A program made the position numbers and the translations under genes. The notes under the pieces are model-generated. The model was not told the DNA's origin. It made no database searches and saw only the letters and a program-made list of their open reading frames with translations. Source: Pseudogymnoascus verrucosus (lineage: Eukaryota). From it: DNA of 64,000 nucleotides. Location: assembly GCA_001662655.1 (NCBI GenBank), contig KV460207.1. One strand, 5' to 3'. This document shows positions 1 to 11,790 of this stretch, one piece after another (the first letter of the stretch is position 1; every line of letters begins with the position of its first letter).

Positions 1-979
1 TTGCTAAAACATGGCATATCCACCAGGGGGTAACCAGGGAAAGTCTTGCCGTTACCACGTTGTTTGTCGTGGATCTATTCATAGGGTGTGGCGATAAGCA
101 AGTGGTGCGCCACATTTTTTGGCGATCAGTGCGGGGGTCTGCGCTAGGAGGTTGTCGTGGAGACGAAAGTTAAGTAATTGCTCCACATAAGCATCTGGCT
201 AGAATACTTGCAATCGCAGGTACTAAATATCCTTATCAGGCCCCAGCCGTAGGAGATGAGCAGTTCCACTATAAGGGTGAGTCTAGACTAGTAACCAAAA
301 GTCGAGGCAACCAAGGTCTAGGGGATTACGGGCTCGAGACTGAATCGTGACTAGGAACAAAATGGGCACTGAAACAGCAAGAATGATCTCAATGTGTAGG
401 ATAAAGGCGGCATTGTCTATGTGGCTGGAAACCCCGCACTAGCTACGGGCTATGCAAGCCACAAGGTTTGTAGCTACATTAAATGCAGATACATATTAAT
501 AGGGCCCAAAAATCATGATCTACTCCCTGCATGTGGGCTATCATGATGTGGATCTATCAAGGTTGCACTGTGGGTGTGGCACCCTCTTCTCTCTATCATG
601 GATTCTAGCACATTGCACGCGTCTAAAGAAGCTCTGGTCGCTTCTTTTATGACGTCTCTGACGCCATTACAGGGCAAATATAGGGTAGAACAGGGATTTA
701 ACAAGCATCTAGATCAATTGATGTGATGTCACTCAACCAGATTCTTAGAACTTGAAAGCCTCGTGGCGAAAAGGAAAGGCTAGTTGTTATCATCGAGGCG
801 GACTTCATAAGAAGGCGTGGGCTCATCACCTAACACACTTATCATAAAACTTCAACCAAACGCACACAGCTACGAAACAACTACTGTACGAACCTATTAT
901 ACCATATACACGCCACATTACTCATAGCTACAACATAACTTATACTTTGAGCTCTACATTTATAAAACAAGTGGCAAAC

Positions 980-3245
980 ATGACGGACGTTAAGCAGCAC
1001 TCGTTCAACCCTTCGCAGAAGTCTGGATTCGACGGCTCTGTAAAGAACATACAAAAGAAGACATCAGAGACTCAAGAGCAAGCACCTAGCGAAGTCGACG
1101 ATGTAGAGAGCCGTGCGGGCACAGAGTCTGTGGGAGGCGAGTCGCAGGCCATACAAGCAGGAAGCGTCGATAACGAAGGACATGTTATTGACGCCGATGG
1201 TCACATCATCGGGAACGTCACAGGGGAGAATGCATCACAGCTTGAGGGGTCTATCGTAGATCAACAGGGTGATGTGATAGATACCGAAGGAAATGTCATT
1301 GGAAGTGCGGAGCCACAGGAAGCCGGTGAAGCAGAAACCCCCGAGAAAGATCTTCCGGACGTATCAATCCTTGAGGGAAAGAAGGTAAACAAGGGAGGAA
1401 ACGTCGTTGACGACAGCGGCAAACTATATGGACGTATCGTCGACGGGGATATTTCTAAGTTGGTTGGAAAGAAGGTGGATTCCAGAGGAAAAATCTGGAA
1501 CGATTCAGGAAAAGTCATTGGAAGCGCGGAAGTGATACCCATCGATGAACGAGATGAGTCCTCTGGTGCACCCTTCGAAGATTTTCCCAATGCCGTCGTC
1601 AACAAGGACGGAACCGTCGCCTCGGATGGCCAGGTAGTTGGGAAGCTCGTTGACGGCGACGCTAAGAAACTCTCTGGCAAGAAGGTCGACAAGGATGGCG
1701 AGGTCATTGATAACGTCGGGAACGTTGTAGGAAAGGCTGAGCGATGGGAAGAAGAAGATGCCCCTGAGCCAGAAGCGGCCGATTTATCTTCTTTAGCTGG
1801 CAAGCGAGTGAATAAGCTAGGTAACGTGGTGGATGGCACAGGTGCCATCTATGGAAGACTCGTTGAAGGCGATCCCAAGAAGCTCGCAGGGAGGATGTGC
1901 GATAAGAACGGAGATGTTAGAGGCGAAGGTGGCGATGTTGTCGGCCGCGCTGAATTGGTTCCCGAGAGCGAGCGTGAAGGCATGAAGCAGGGACCATTTG
2001 CGGACTTCAATGGCGCAACCGTGAAAAAAGATGGCAAGGTAGAAGCTAGTGGCACAGTTGTTGGGCGTCTCATCGAAGGAGACGCAAAGAAGCTGTTTGG
2101 AAAGCCGGTGGATGCCGACGGTGACGTATTAGACTCCAATGGCAATCAGCTGGGGAAAGCTGAGAGATGGGAGGAACCCGAGAAAGAGAAGTCGAAGCAC
2201 GCAGCATCAGGCTTGAAGGTGAACCGCGAAGGGAACGTCGTGGGCGAAAATGGAGATACTATCGCCAAACTGACAGATGGTGATGTGAGCCGCTGTGCAG
2301 GTAAGGAGATTGATGACGATGGCGATGTCGTTGATGGAAAGAACCAACGCATTGGATCCGTCACACTCCTCGCAGATATTCCAGCCCCTGAGGAGCCCAA
2401 GGAATCACCAGAGGAAGCCGAGAAGCGCAAGCAGACGGAGCAAGACAAAAAGCTCGCCGCTCAGATGGCCACCTGTGTCCAGCAGTCACTGGACAAGATC
2501 CAGCCAATCCTCAAGATGATCACCGAGGTAAGCAAGCCGTTCCCTGCATACCAGTATTAAGCTAACAAAAGTAGGCTATTGAATTAGCCGAACGCCAGCC
2601 TAAGGAGGAACTTGATGAGCAGAAACTTGTCGACACTGTCAAGCCACTCCTCGAGCAAGGCGGCGAGATTTTGCAGGAAGCCAATGGTGTAATCCGTGGC
2701 CTTGATCCTGATGGAAGGATTCAGGCAAATGCCAAGCACAAGAGCGCCTCCCGCGAGGCAACACCAGAGGAGCACCGTCTTGCTGAGGTGTTGAAGGAGG
2801 TGAGTGTTATGAATATTTATATAATTTCTATAATGCTAACATTGAGATAGTTGACTGGCAGCGTGAGCCAGACGATTGAGGGGGCTAAGAAAAAGGTGGC
2901 GGGCATGCCCCACGCAAAGAAAGAGCTGAACCCACTCTGGGGTCTCCTTGCAGGTGCGTAAAATCTATCACATGTCTGAGTTCGGATGCTAACCTGTGTA
3001 CAGAGCCACTTGGACAAATCCTTGCTGCCGTTGGATTACTCCTGTCTGGCGTTCTTGGTCTAGTCGGCAAATTGGTATGTTTACTCCTGCAACATATGCG
3101 GAAGAACTACGCTAATATATTATAGCTTTCTGGATTAGGACTCGGTGGGCTGCTTGACAATCTTTTGGGCGGACTAGGGATTAAGGGCATCCTCGATGGT
3201 CTTGGCCTTGGGTCACTCACGAAGTCGTTGACGGGAAAGAAGTAG
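980..3245 (+). CDS. Repeat-rich hydrophilic protein (DUF3659/LEA-domain-like repeats, with a helical and Gly/Leu-rich C-terminus); 5 exons
   Basis: Long ORF with repeated 'G.VVD..G..vG.l.eGD' units. ATG at 980. GT-AG introns at 2528-2574 and 2800-2850, plus two more near 2955-3003 and 3075-3125. Spliced exons read AIELAERQPKEELDEQKLVDTVKPLL... and end at TAG 3243-3245. Confidence 0.8.
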
Positions 3246-4257
3246 ATGCTTCTTGTGTACTTCTTACCAAATTGCTAGTTTAATGTAGAATCTTACGAAT
3301 TGTAATTGTTTGCTACAACGAAACCTATTGATATTAATTGTGAACTGCTGTAATCTACTGCCGCTGGTTATTCGATTCAAATATATTGTGTTTGAAACTA
3401 CGTTAAATTACATAATCTTAGCCATTTCGCTAGGATTTAAAATCATTGCGGTAGGTAATGTATTTATTATATAATTAAATGCTATATGCTACGCTAAATT
3501 AGATAAGCTATAGTATAAAAAGGCAAGTTGTAAGAAAACTAAGGCGTTAAAATCGATCTTGAGCTCGCTCCTAGCAACATCATCATTATCCTTCTCATCA
3601 TCGCCCCTCTCTCCATCCCATCCCCTCTCCTCAACCTTCATCCCCCCTATATTCCCCTTGTATCCCTTTGTATCCCATCCCGCCCCCCCCGTCCCCCGTC
3701 TGCTCTCCACCACCCTCATCTCACGATCTACCGCTTCGCACCCCACCCCCAACCCCACCGAAATGCCCCCCCCCCTTCCCCCACCACCCACTCTCTAGGT
3801 CAAATACTCTCCCTCTACTGGATATTTCTCTAGCCCCCATCCTACCGAGATAGAGGCCTAGAGATAATATCCGCGGCTGTCATGCGCTCTGACCTCATCC
3901 CGAGGATAGACTTTCTCCCTCCGGTTCAAGTACTTGGTAACTAACTCGTCGGCAGACGCTAGATTTATGATTGCAAACCTAAGTAACTAGGAGCGCACCG
4001 GGAAACTTGAGTGGCTGTAGAGCCGAGACGTTCCAAAGTTATAAAGTTAGAAGTGAGAAATTGAGAGCACAAGTCTCCCAGCCAATATCTTTTGTCCGAT
4101 TTCGGACTTGTACATGTTTCGTAGGTCAGTCTGCTAGTCATTGAGATATTTAACCAACAACGTCTTCGTGGCAGTTGACCAGGAGCGTGTCGCTAGATCC
4201 GGGGTTGCCTTGTCGGCCTGTCGGGCCTCGCGGCTCCCGTCGTGACTATTCTCTACG

Positions 4258-5750
4258 ATGAGTCGGATGACAAGGACATTGCGAACTTGCGAAACCTGTG
4301 TTCACTGCGTACAGTGTGATGAGAATTTTGAGAGGGTTGGTTTTGTCATTAAAGCGCCTGCTCAGCCTAATCCTATCATCCTCGTCAAGACCAGAATGCA
4401 TGATAGCAATCTCATCGTATATGAACTACCATCTCCCAAAACTCTGCTGATAGCGGAATATCCTCCACAAGCAGCAACTTCTCTCTCCTCTCCTTAGGCG
4501 TTGCTGGAAAAACGTATGTTAAAATTTCATTCAACACATATCTGAGCTTTGGCGAGCCATAAGATAAAAACTCCATGTTCTTGAGGCCAGTCTGGATGTC
4601 CTCTGGGTCTCCCTCTCTTCTATCGAGGCCAATTACGTCGAAGGCGTTCAGTCGTGGCCTGCAAGACTAGCCTTGCGAAAGATCTGCTATAATCGCTCTA
4701 AGTGAGTAGAGATGTAGGAGTCTGAAAGATAATGACTGGTAGGTTGATCGAAATCGAGGGGTTCTGAAATCGTGAAACACAAAGTAGTAGATTAAGGACA
4801 TAAATCCGAAAGATAGTAACTGGTAGGCTGGTAGAAACTGAGGGGCTCTTGACCACATGGGGACTTTGCTGAAGTCCAGCCATCCCACAACAAGGGGGAA
4901 AAAATCATAAGGGACGAAATTCCAGGCAGCGATTTCGACCCTGCCGATGCCCCTGACGACGTATCTAAATATGATTCTGACGGGCCTTCTCTCTCTTGGG
5001 CGCAACTAGAGAATATGACCTGGTCATCCTCCGGTTGTTGGATGAAGACAAAGATGAATATCAGGACATGGTCGGAGGTATCCATGATGATATCATCCCT
5101 GACTCTGACGACAAGAGTATTGTAGATGCTGATGCGGACTCTAATTATGGATTAGACGCCATAGACGGCGAATTGGGCACCGTCGACAAGACATTCTCCG
5201 GTGTTCCGGTCCAGATACCTCACGTCGAAACCGATGTGACAGATTCTAGACCCGTGTCAGAGGTATACTGCAGGGGTTAGAGGATTTTGCCCGCAAAATC
5301 AGATATGATAAGGCACAGGAAAAGCCAACGTATCCGTTGAGCTTTAGCTCTGGTCTATCCTCCGTACTATATCGACAGAATAATTCATGGTAGTCTATAG
5401 GGCTGCCGTCCTCGAGAAAGTCCAATTGGTGCTCGGAAGGGAAACTCCGACGCCGGAAGCAGTTATAGCATTGGCTAGGTACTGGAGGCGCCATAAGAAC
5501 GGAGGCGTGTATGTAGATTTAGCATATACGAAATCAAGCAATGACCATGCATGCTATATTGGGTCTACTACTCGTGAATTCTCCAAGCGGATAAGGGGGC
5601 GTTTAAGAATCTTAAGTAAATATACTATACCATCCAAAACCACCGCCCTTATAGTTGGAGATGATGAATATGCTGTGTGTAGAAATGCTAGATACGATAA
5701 AGATTAAAGGTGAGAGTTAGCAATTATAAGAGTTGAGAACTTCGACAGGC
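4258..5750 (+). pseudogene. Decayed coding region containing a GIY-YIG-like nuclease motif
   Basis: Short same-strand ORF fragments (4258-4497, 4996-5280, 5387-5707) broken by stops and frameshifts. The last fragment contains GGVYVDL...CYIGSTTREFSKR, which fits the GIY...YIG...R signature. Confidence 0.45.
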
Positions 5751-5859
5751 CCTGTGCTGTCGTGCGCCCTGGGTAGTCGCTCTCCCTACTGTAGTTTGGA
5801 AACGTCACTGATTATGAACCCATTTTTTATTTGTAGCTATCTTGCTATTAATCGTCCGT

Positions 5860-6185
5860 GTTGGTCGCTCTCTACAACTATGGTTTGCAACGTTGCTCTG
5901 TCAAACTAGATTGTTAACAGGCTCTAATATGAGGACGGCGAGTCTAAGTAATCGAAGACCAGTGTTTTAGTTGTAGTAATTATAAACCTATAGCTTATTT
6001 ACAGCCACTATGCGATTTATCGCCCTTGTTAGTTGCTCTCCTTCATTGTCGTTTGCAACGTTACTCTACCGAACTAGATTGTCGATAGGTGCGAATATAA
6101 AAATTGCAACTCTAAGTGATTAAGGACTAATGTTTTAGTTATAGTGATTATAAACCCTTATTTTTCTTATGGCTACTGTGCCATT
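5860..6185. repeat. Degenerate ~168-bp tandem duplication
   Basis: 5860-6020 and 6028-6185 share the blocks gtttgcaacgtt(g/a)ctct, aactagattgt, tctaagt, tgttttagtt.tagt and attataaacc. A partial third copy lies near 5770. Confidence 0.75.
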
Positions 6186-6480
6186 GCGCATGTAGGGATA
6201 ACAATTCTGGTATTTGCGCTAAAGTGATTCATTCTAGCAGGACTTATAAATATTGTCTTGAAATCGTTTTAAAGCCTACGTCCATTTACTGTGCCATTGC
6301 GCATAATGAGCTATAAAACTCGAGCATTTGCGCTAAACAGGTCTTGATTTACTGTGCCATTGTGCATTATTAGCTATAAACTCGAGAATTTGCTCTAAAC
6401 TGGCTTTGATTTACTGTGTCATTGCCCATTATGACCTACAAATGTGACATATATATCATTTATACTCGAGATTTTTGCAC
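6175..6480. repeat. Array of ~60-bp degenerate repeats (actgtgccatTGCGCA..agctataaaac..tttgcgctaaa)
   Basis: Four to five copies, starting near 6175, 6287, 6350 and 6411. Confidence 0.75.
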
Positions 6481-7220
6481 TCTTTGATCTCGGCGTCGTC
6501 GAAGATACATGCAAATCCGATAATAGACGCTGAATTCTCAACTGGATCATCGACAGGCGCGAATATGAAGCCCCAAAGTCCCCCACACTACTTCCGGCCC
6601 CAAAGTCGCCTACAACCTATCCATATGTAGAGGATGCAGATGAGGATATGTCCAGCGTTCCTAATCTCGCAGTTGAAAGTAACAACGTCTGCGACTTTCA
6701 CATCCTCGCCATCCAGGAACAATAGTAAGAAGATAAACGATAGCGAGAAGAGCAACGACACCAAGAAGATCAATGGCAGCGAGAAGAGCAACTACAGCAA
6801 AAAGAACCAAGCAACAGCAAGAAAGAACCAAGGAGTACCGCTAGCAAGGAGTATCGATCCCAGCACCCAAGTCTTCAAAGCGCATAGCACAGTTCTGCAA
6901 CTTGAGGGCAGTACTGTTTACTAATAAAGTTGCTGTGCCAACGAGGATTCAGAGTGCGAAAACGCTTTGTGGGAAAGGCAAGTACACGACTACCAAAATC
7001 CGGCCGAAGATTGAGATGTCGTATCCCAGAGCGTCGTGGAGAAAGCGGGGATACCATCATTGACAGACAAGGTATTTCCGTCGTCCCACAAAGCAAGACT
7101 GGGAAAGTTTTACATGGCCAAGCCAAGGTAAGTACAGGACTACCAAAATCAAACCGTGGGTAAAGAGCTCCCGAAATTTGATATATCGATCACATTATGT
7201 GCCCAATGCCAAAGGGCAAC

Positions 7221-7240
7221 AAAAAAAAAATGACAAAAAA
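7221..7240 (-). terminator. RNA polymerase III oligo-T terminator of the 5S gene
   Basis: Plus-strand A6 and A10 runs sit immediately downstream of the 5S 3' end as read on the minus strand. Confidence 0.75.
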
Positions 7241-7302
7241 CATACAACAGTGGGTATTCGCTGGTGGCCACCCACCCAACTACTAATCCACCGATCTCAA
7301 GC
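7240..7302 (-). rRNA. 5S rRNA gene, 3' half (interrupted)
   Basis: Minus strand reads GCTTGAGATCGGTGGATTAGTAGTTGGGTGGGTGGCCACCAGCGAATACCCACTGTTGTATGT, a typical ascomycete 5S 3' half, followed by oligo-T tracts. Confidence 0.93.
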
Positions 7303-7976
7303 ATCCACTTGCTTTTTACTTCGGCCGGCCTAGTGGGTGAGCCCTTGCTGCCTTAAGGGGTGAAGCGAGGGTGAGCAGGGTGTGAGCGGGGTGAGGGGAC
7401 GCGATGATTTCGTGTCATTATCGCGTCAACGTCGTAATAGTACCGGAGTGTAGCTGTTTTAGTTCACGTACCTTGTTCAGCCTTGCGTTATCCCACCAAA
7501 GACCGTCACTAAACTGAGGGGCACAGTACACATCAGCCTCACTAGGCAGCATTCTTCAAGTACGTATGTGAAGTTGGGGTACAATACAGTGACTAGAGAT
7601 ATAATTTGCCTATGTGATTGGGGATCGCTGTGTTCTCAATAGTTATCTTATTTCGACAGAGGCCTAGAGCTTCTAGTCGAATTTAATAATGGAATAGCGC
7701 TATGCAACGCAGGTGAGGCGCCTGGCTGCAGCTGTTAGGACGTAGATGGCTGAAACAATTCGGAGCTCATATTTGGATTGCGCACTTAACTCACGTTCAA
7801 AGAGGTTTCTAATATCTGTTCCACTATCCTCTTGTAGACCACCTGCCACGCTGTCTCCCTTGCTCTTAATTAAGCATTTTTCTCAACTATGGTTCGTCTG
7901 TTAGACCAAAAACAAGTAACTCGAGTGGGAAATCGACAGAATTAAGCAGTTGACCTATACAATTGAGCCCTCTACT

Positions 7977-9629
7977 TCAAACCTGTTCATGATCTAACAC
8001 AGAGTCCTCATCAACAGTAAACTTCTCCCCATTTTCTGACATGCGGTTGACAGACAGGCGATGGTTTGCCAGGACATCGCCATTTCCAGCGGCCTTGTAC
8101 GTAGCCTCCATTTTGGTATAAAGCGGGCTGCTACTCTCGAACATAGCCTCGATTGATTCGAGGGAACGACCTGCAGTCTCGGGATAGAGGAAATAGACGA
8201 TGGGGCACCAGAGCAGATTGAGGCCGGCGAAGAGGAAGTAGGTGCGCGACTCGAGGACCCCGAACATGATAGGGTTTACGAGAACGGTCATACCGACGCC
8301 GATGGCCCATCCCGTGATTCCAAAGCCGTTGCCTTGGGCGCGCATCTCGGAGGGGAAGATCTCAGTAGGGATGAGGAATGCGACGGTGCCCCAAGTCGAG
8401 GCATAGATCAAGTTAAAGAGGAAGAGCATGGTGACAGCTGCCGGGGCGATTTGTGCGGCTTTGCTAGGATCCGCACGTGAGCCTTCGTACAAAGCGGCTG
8501 CGACTAGGTTCACGAGGAAGAGGCCGAAGGCGCCGCCGATTAGACACGTACGCCGACCAAGACGGTCTACGATCTGTGCGGATATTATGGTGCCGACTAT
8601 ACCGATGGTGTTGAGGCCTCCGGCAAGACCGCTCTGCTTGACAGAACTGTATCCGGCTTGCTTCAAGAGAACGGGACTGTACGCTGTCACCGCGGTAATT
8701 CCGGTCCATGAAGCCATGATTTGCAGAAAAAGACATAGCCATGCACGGCGACCCAGGTGAGCACCGTTAGTAGCGCGGCCGAGGAGGACCTTTGCGAATT
8801 GGACAGGGGAGCTAGGCTTGGATTCTTCGGCAACAGCGCAAATTTCAGCGAATTCCCTCTCGACATCTGGGCCCTTGTTGCCACGGATATGCTCCAAGAC
8901 CTCCTTAGCCTCATCAAGACGGCCGACAGAGGCCAGGAAGCGAGGAGAGTCGGGGAGAAACTTGATGCCAACCATCAGAGTTATAGCAGGGAGACACTGG
9001 AAAGCTAGGAGAAATCTCCATCTGACCTCTGAATAGCCACCGTCGACGAATGAGAGGCCAAAGTCAAGCCAGTAGGCTACGGAGATACCCAGGTAGTTTG
9101 CGATGAAGACGTATCCAAGGAATCCACCACGGTGGCCCGCAGATGATACTTCGGCGATGTAGACGGGAACGATGGCAGTCAATGCTCCGGTGCCCAGGCC
9201 CGTAACGACACGGGCAACGACAATGAAGTCGGAGCTCTGTGTGGCGGCCTGGAGGGCACCTCCGACCAGGGCGAATACTGCTGCGATGAGGAGACCGTTA
9301 ATACGACCAATGCGATCAGCGATCCAGCCGCCGACGAATGCTCCGACGATGGCGCCTAAGTAGTAGATAGAGACGATGCCGCCTTGGTGAGTGGTGTCTG
9401 TGACTGTCCCATCTGGAAGTCCAATGCCGACCTCAGCTACGTAGTTGGGCGAGGCATTCACGCCTCCCATAACACCTGTAAGGTTGGTTGTTAGTGACCA
9501 GGACATATATTTCTGGTCGAGAGACTCACCTTGGTCATATCCCTCGAAAAAAATGGCAATGAGAGAGAAAGTCTGAATGAATATGGAGAGCTGTTTGGGC
9601 GACAGCTTCTTCCAGAAATGTTGAAACAT
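7977..9629 (-). CDS. MFS sugar porter (sugar/inositol transporter family)
   Basis: Motifs FFEGYDQG, ADRIGRI, RVVTGLGTG, PDSPRFL, VDRLGRR and YPETAGRSLE, with about 12 hydrophobic segments. One in-frame 54-nt intron at 9476-9529. Confidence 0.93.
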   Translation of the reverse strand: MFQHFWKKLSPKQLSIFIQTFSLIAIFFEGYDQGESLDQKYMSWSLTTNLTGVMGGVNASPNYVAEVGIGLPDGTVTDTTHQGGIVSIYYLGAIVGAFVGGWIADRIGRINGLLIAAVFALVGGALQAATQSSDFIVVARVVTGLGTGALTAIVPVYIAEVSSAGHRGGFLGYVFIANYLGISVAYWLDFGLSFVDGGYSEVRWRFLLAFQCLPAITLMVGIKFLPDSPRFLASVGRLDEAKEVLEHIRGNKGPDVEREFAEICAVAEESKPSSPVQFAKVLLGRATNGAHLGRRAWLCLFLQIMASWTGITAVTAYSPVLLKQAGYSSVKQSGLAGGLNTIGIVGTIISAQIVDRLGRRTCLIGGAFGLFLVNLVAAALYEGSRADPSKAAQIAPAAVTMLFLFNLIYASTWGTVAFLIPTEIFPSEMRAQGNGFGITGWAIGVGMTVLVNPIMFGVLESRTYFLFAGLNLLWCPIVYFLYPETAGRSLESIEAMFESSSPLYTKMEATYKAAGNGDVLANHRLSVNRMSENGEKFTVDEDSVLDHEQV

Positions 9630-9870
9630 AGCGAGGTAGGGGGCAGTATCGATTGTCTAGAACCAAAAGGATGTAATTGATGTGTTGTACAGTACGTACA
9701 GAGTCGGCCTTTAAAAGGAAAACGAAGAGCGAACGGGGTGTCCTTTAAATACTCCATGAGATGACAGTTTACATACTCTCACACACGGCAATAAGGGAGT
9801 AACATGAAAGCTGAACTTGTGATCCTCACTTTTTGTGAGTCGGTCATCCTCTCTCCACACTTTTACTTGG

Positions 9871-9959
9871 AGATCCGGAGAACTGGAGAATTGTGGAGAT
9901 GGGTGGGTGTGGCAGGGTGTGGCAAATACATCTCCACAATTCTCCAGTTCTCCGGATCT
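9871..9959. promoter_or_regulatory. Perfect 31-bp inverted repeat in the divergent promoter; each arm holds three SYGGRG (CreA/Cre1-type) motifs
   Basis: agatccggagaactggagaattgtggagatg (9871-9901) and its exact reverse complement (9929-9959), with a 27-nt spacer. The arms contain CCGGAG, CTGGAG and GTGGAG. The repeat is certain; the regulatory role is inferred. Confidence 0.55.
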
Positions 9960-10371
9960 GCACGAGGATAGCCATTGGCTGTGCAGACTCCCGTGTTATC
10001 CCATAAGCGTTTACACGTTTAACCGTCTAAACAGTTTAAACATTTAACCGTTTAAGCATTCAAGCGGGTTACAATTTCGCCCATATGCAATACTCCGAAG
10101 TCCTTGGCAAAGCCAACCTCGATGATTCAAGGACAAGTTGCGAACAGCCGTAAGCATTAAGACCACTTTAAAGCGTAGAATGGGAACCCACTGACTATCT
10201 TTTTCACATTATTCATGATTTCGGTTATGTACTGCCTTTCTTCCCCCTTCTTTTATCTCGACATCAAATCAAGTATATATTGACTTAAGCACCATCTTTC
10301 TAAGTCTCTCTAGTTTTTGTATATACCACAATTTATTCATAGCGGGGACTCCATAGAGCGGTAATATAGCA

Positions 10372-11790
10372 ATGCCCTCTTCAACTACAAACGGAGCCAG
10401 CAACGGCTACGGAAATGGCAGTACAAATGGCATCAATGTGCCGTCCGATGCGGCGTTCGACTTGACAGTCCTCGGCTTGAACAGCGGGACTTCCATGGTT
10501 AGTTTCCACACTGTTATATCACCGCCGGTACATGCTGACAGCAGATTTTAGGATGGCATCGACTGCGCACTCTGCCGATTTCGACAGGAGACGCCCAGCT
10601 CTCCAATGCAATTCGAGCTGTTGAAATACAGCGAAATCCCTCTCGAGCCGGTAATCAAGAAACGAGTCATGAATATGATCCTTCACAATAAAACCACACC
10701 AGAAGAGCTATCGGAAGTCAATGTGCTACTGGGAGAGACATTTGCGTCTGCAGTCAAGGAATTCACAAAAGAACATGGGCTTCAACTGACAGATATTGAT
10801 GTTGTTGGTTCCCACGGACAGACTATTTGGTTGCTATCAATGCCAGAGGAAGGACAAGTCAAGTCTGCTCTCACAATGGCCGAGGGATCATTTATCGCAG
10901 CACGTACCGGTATTACAACAGTCACGGACTTCAGAGTCTCAGATCAGGCGGCTGGACGCCAAGGCGCACCTCTCATCGCCTTTTTCGACGCCCTGGTACT
11001 TCATCACCCCACTAAACTACGAGCTTGCCAGAACATCGGCGGCATCGCTAATGTGTGCTTTATTCCGCCGGATCACCAAGGTGGCGTAGACGCTTGTTAT
11101 GACTTTGATACGGGTCCTGGGAACGTTTTCATTGATGCCGTAGTACGTCACTATACAAATGGTGAGCAGGAATATGACAGAGATGGAAAGATGGGCAAGG
11201 CTGGGCAAGTGGATCAGGAACTTGTGGACGACTTTATGAAGCACAAATACTTTGGTCTGGAGCCACCGAAAACCACAGGGCGGGAAGTTTTTCGAGACAC
11301 ACTCGCCTTCGAATTTATCAAGAAGGCAGAGCAGAAGGGGCTGTCACCGAACGACGTGGTGGCGTCGATTACTAGAGTTACTGCACAAGCTATCGTTGAT
11401 CACTACCAACGTTATGCGCCATCGCAAAACATCGACGAGATTTTCATGTGCGGCGGCGGAGCATACAACCCAAATATCGCAGCGTTCATCCAAAAAAATT
11501 ATCCGAATACTAAGATCATGATGTTAGATGCCGCTGGTATTCCAGGGAGTGCAAAGGAAGCAATCACCTTTGCATGGCAGGCTATGGAAGCTGTCGTCGG
11601 ACGCTCCATCCCAGTTCCGACCAGAGTCGAGACAAGACAGGAGTATGTTTTAGGGAAGGTGTCTCCCGGCAAGAATTATAGAGAGGTCATGAGGAAGGGA
11701 ATACTCTTTGGTGGTAAGGCGGATCATCTCAGTCCTGTAAAGGAGCTGGTCAACTACGTTGAGGGGAAGGTTTTCGATAACAAGTGGTGA
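10372..11790 (+). CDS. lgk: Levoglucosan kinase (AnmK/LGK family anhydrosugar kinase)
   Basis: ATG at 10372 and intron at 10498-10551. The spliced protein has [79 protein letters not shown] and CGGGAYN. These closely match the Lipomyces starkeyi levoglucosan kinase sequence as I recall it. Confidence 0.88.

Noticed and set aside
3489..3853. Pro-rich and Gly-rich short ORFs
   Set aside because: They are translations of a low-complexity C-rich tract with no gene structure.
6588..7163. Short ORFs with a SEKSN repeat next to the 5S 3' half
   Set aside because: There is only a short 33-bp duplication and no recognisable domain, which is not enough to call a gene.
10372..11790. Bacterial-type AnmK for peptidoglycan recycling, or bacterial contamination
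   Set aside because: The gene has a spliceosomal intron and fungal neighbours, and its motifs match the fungal levoglucosan kinase branch of the family.
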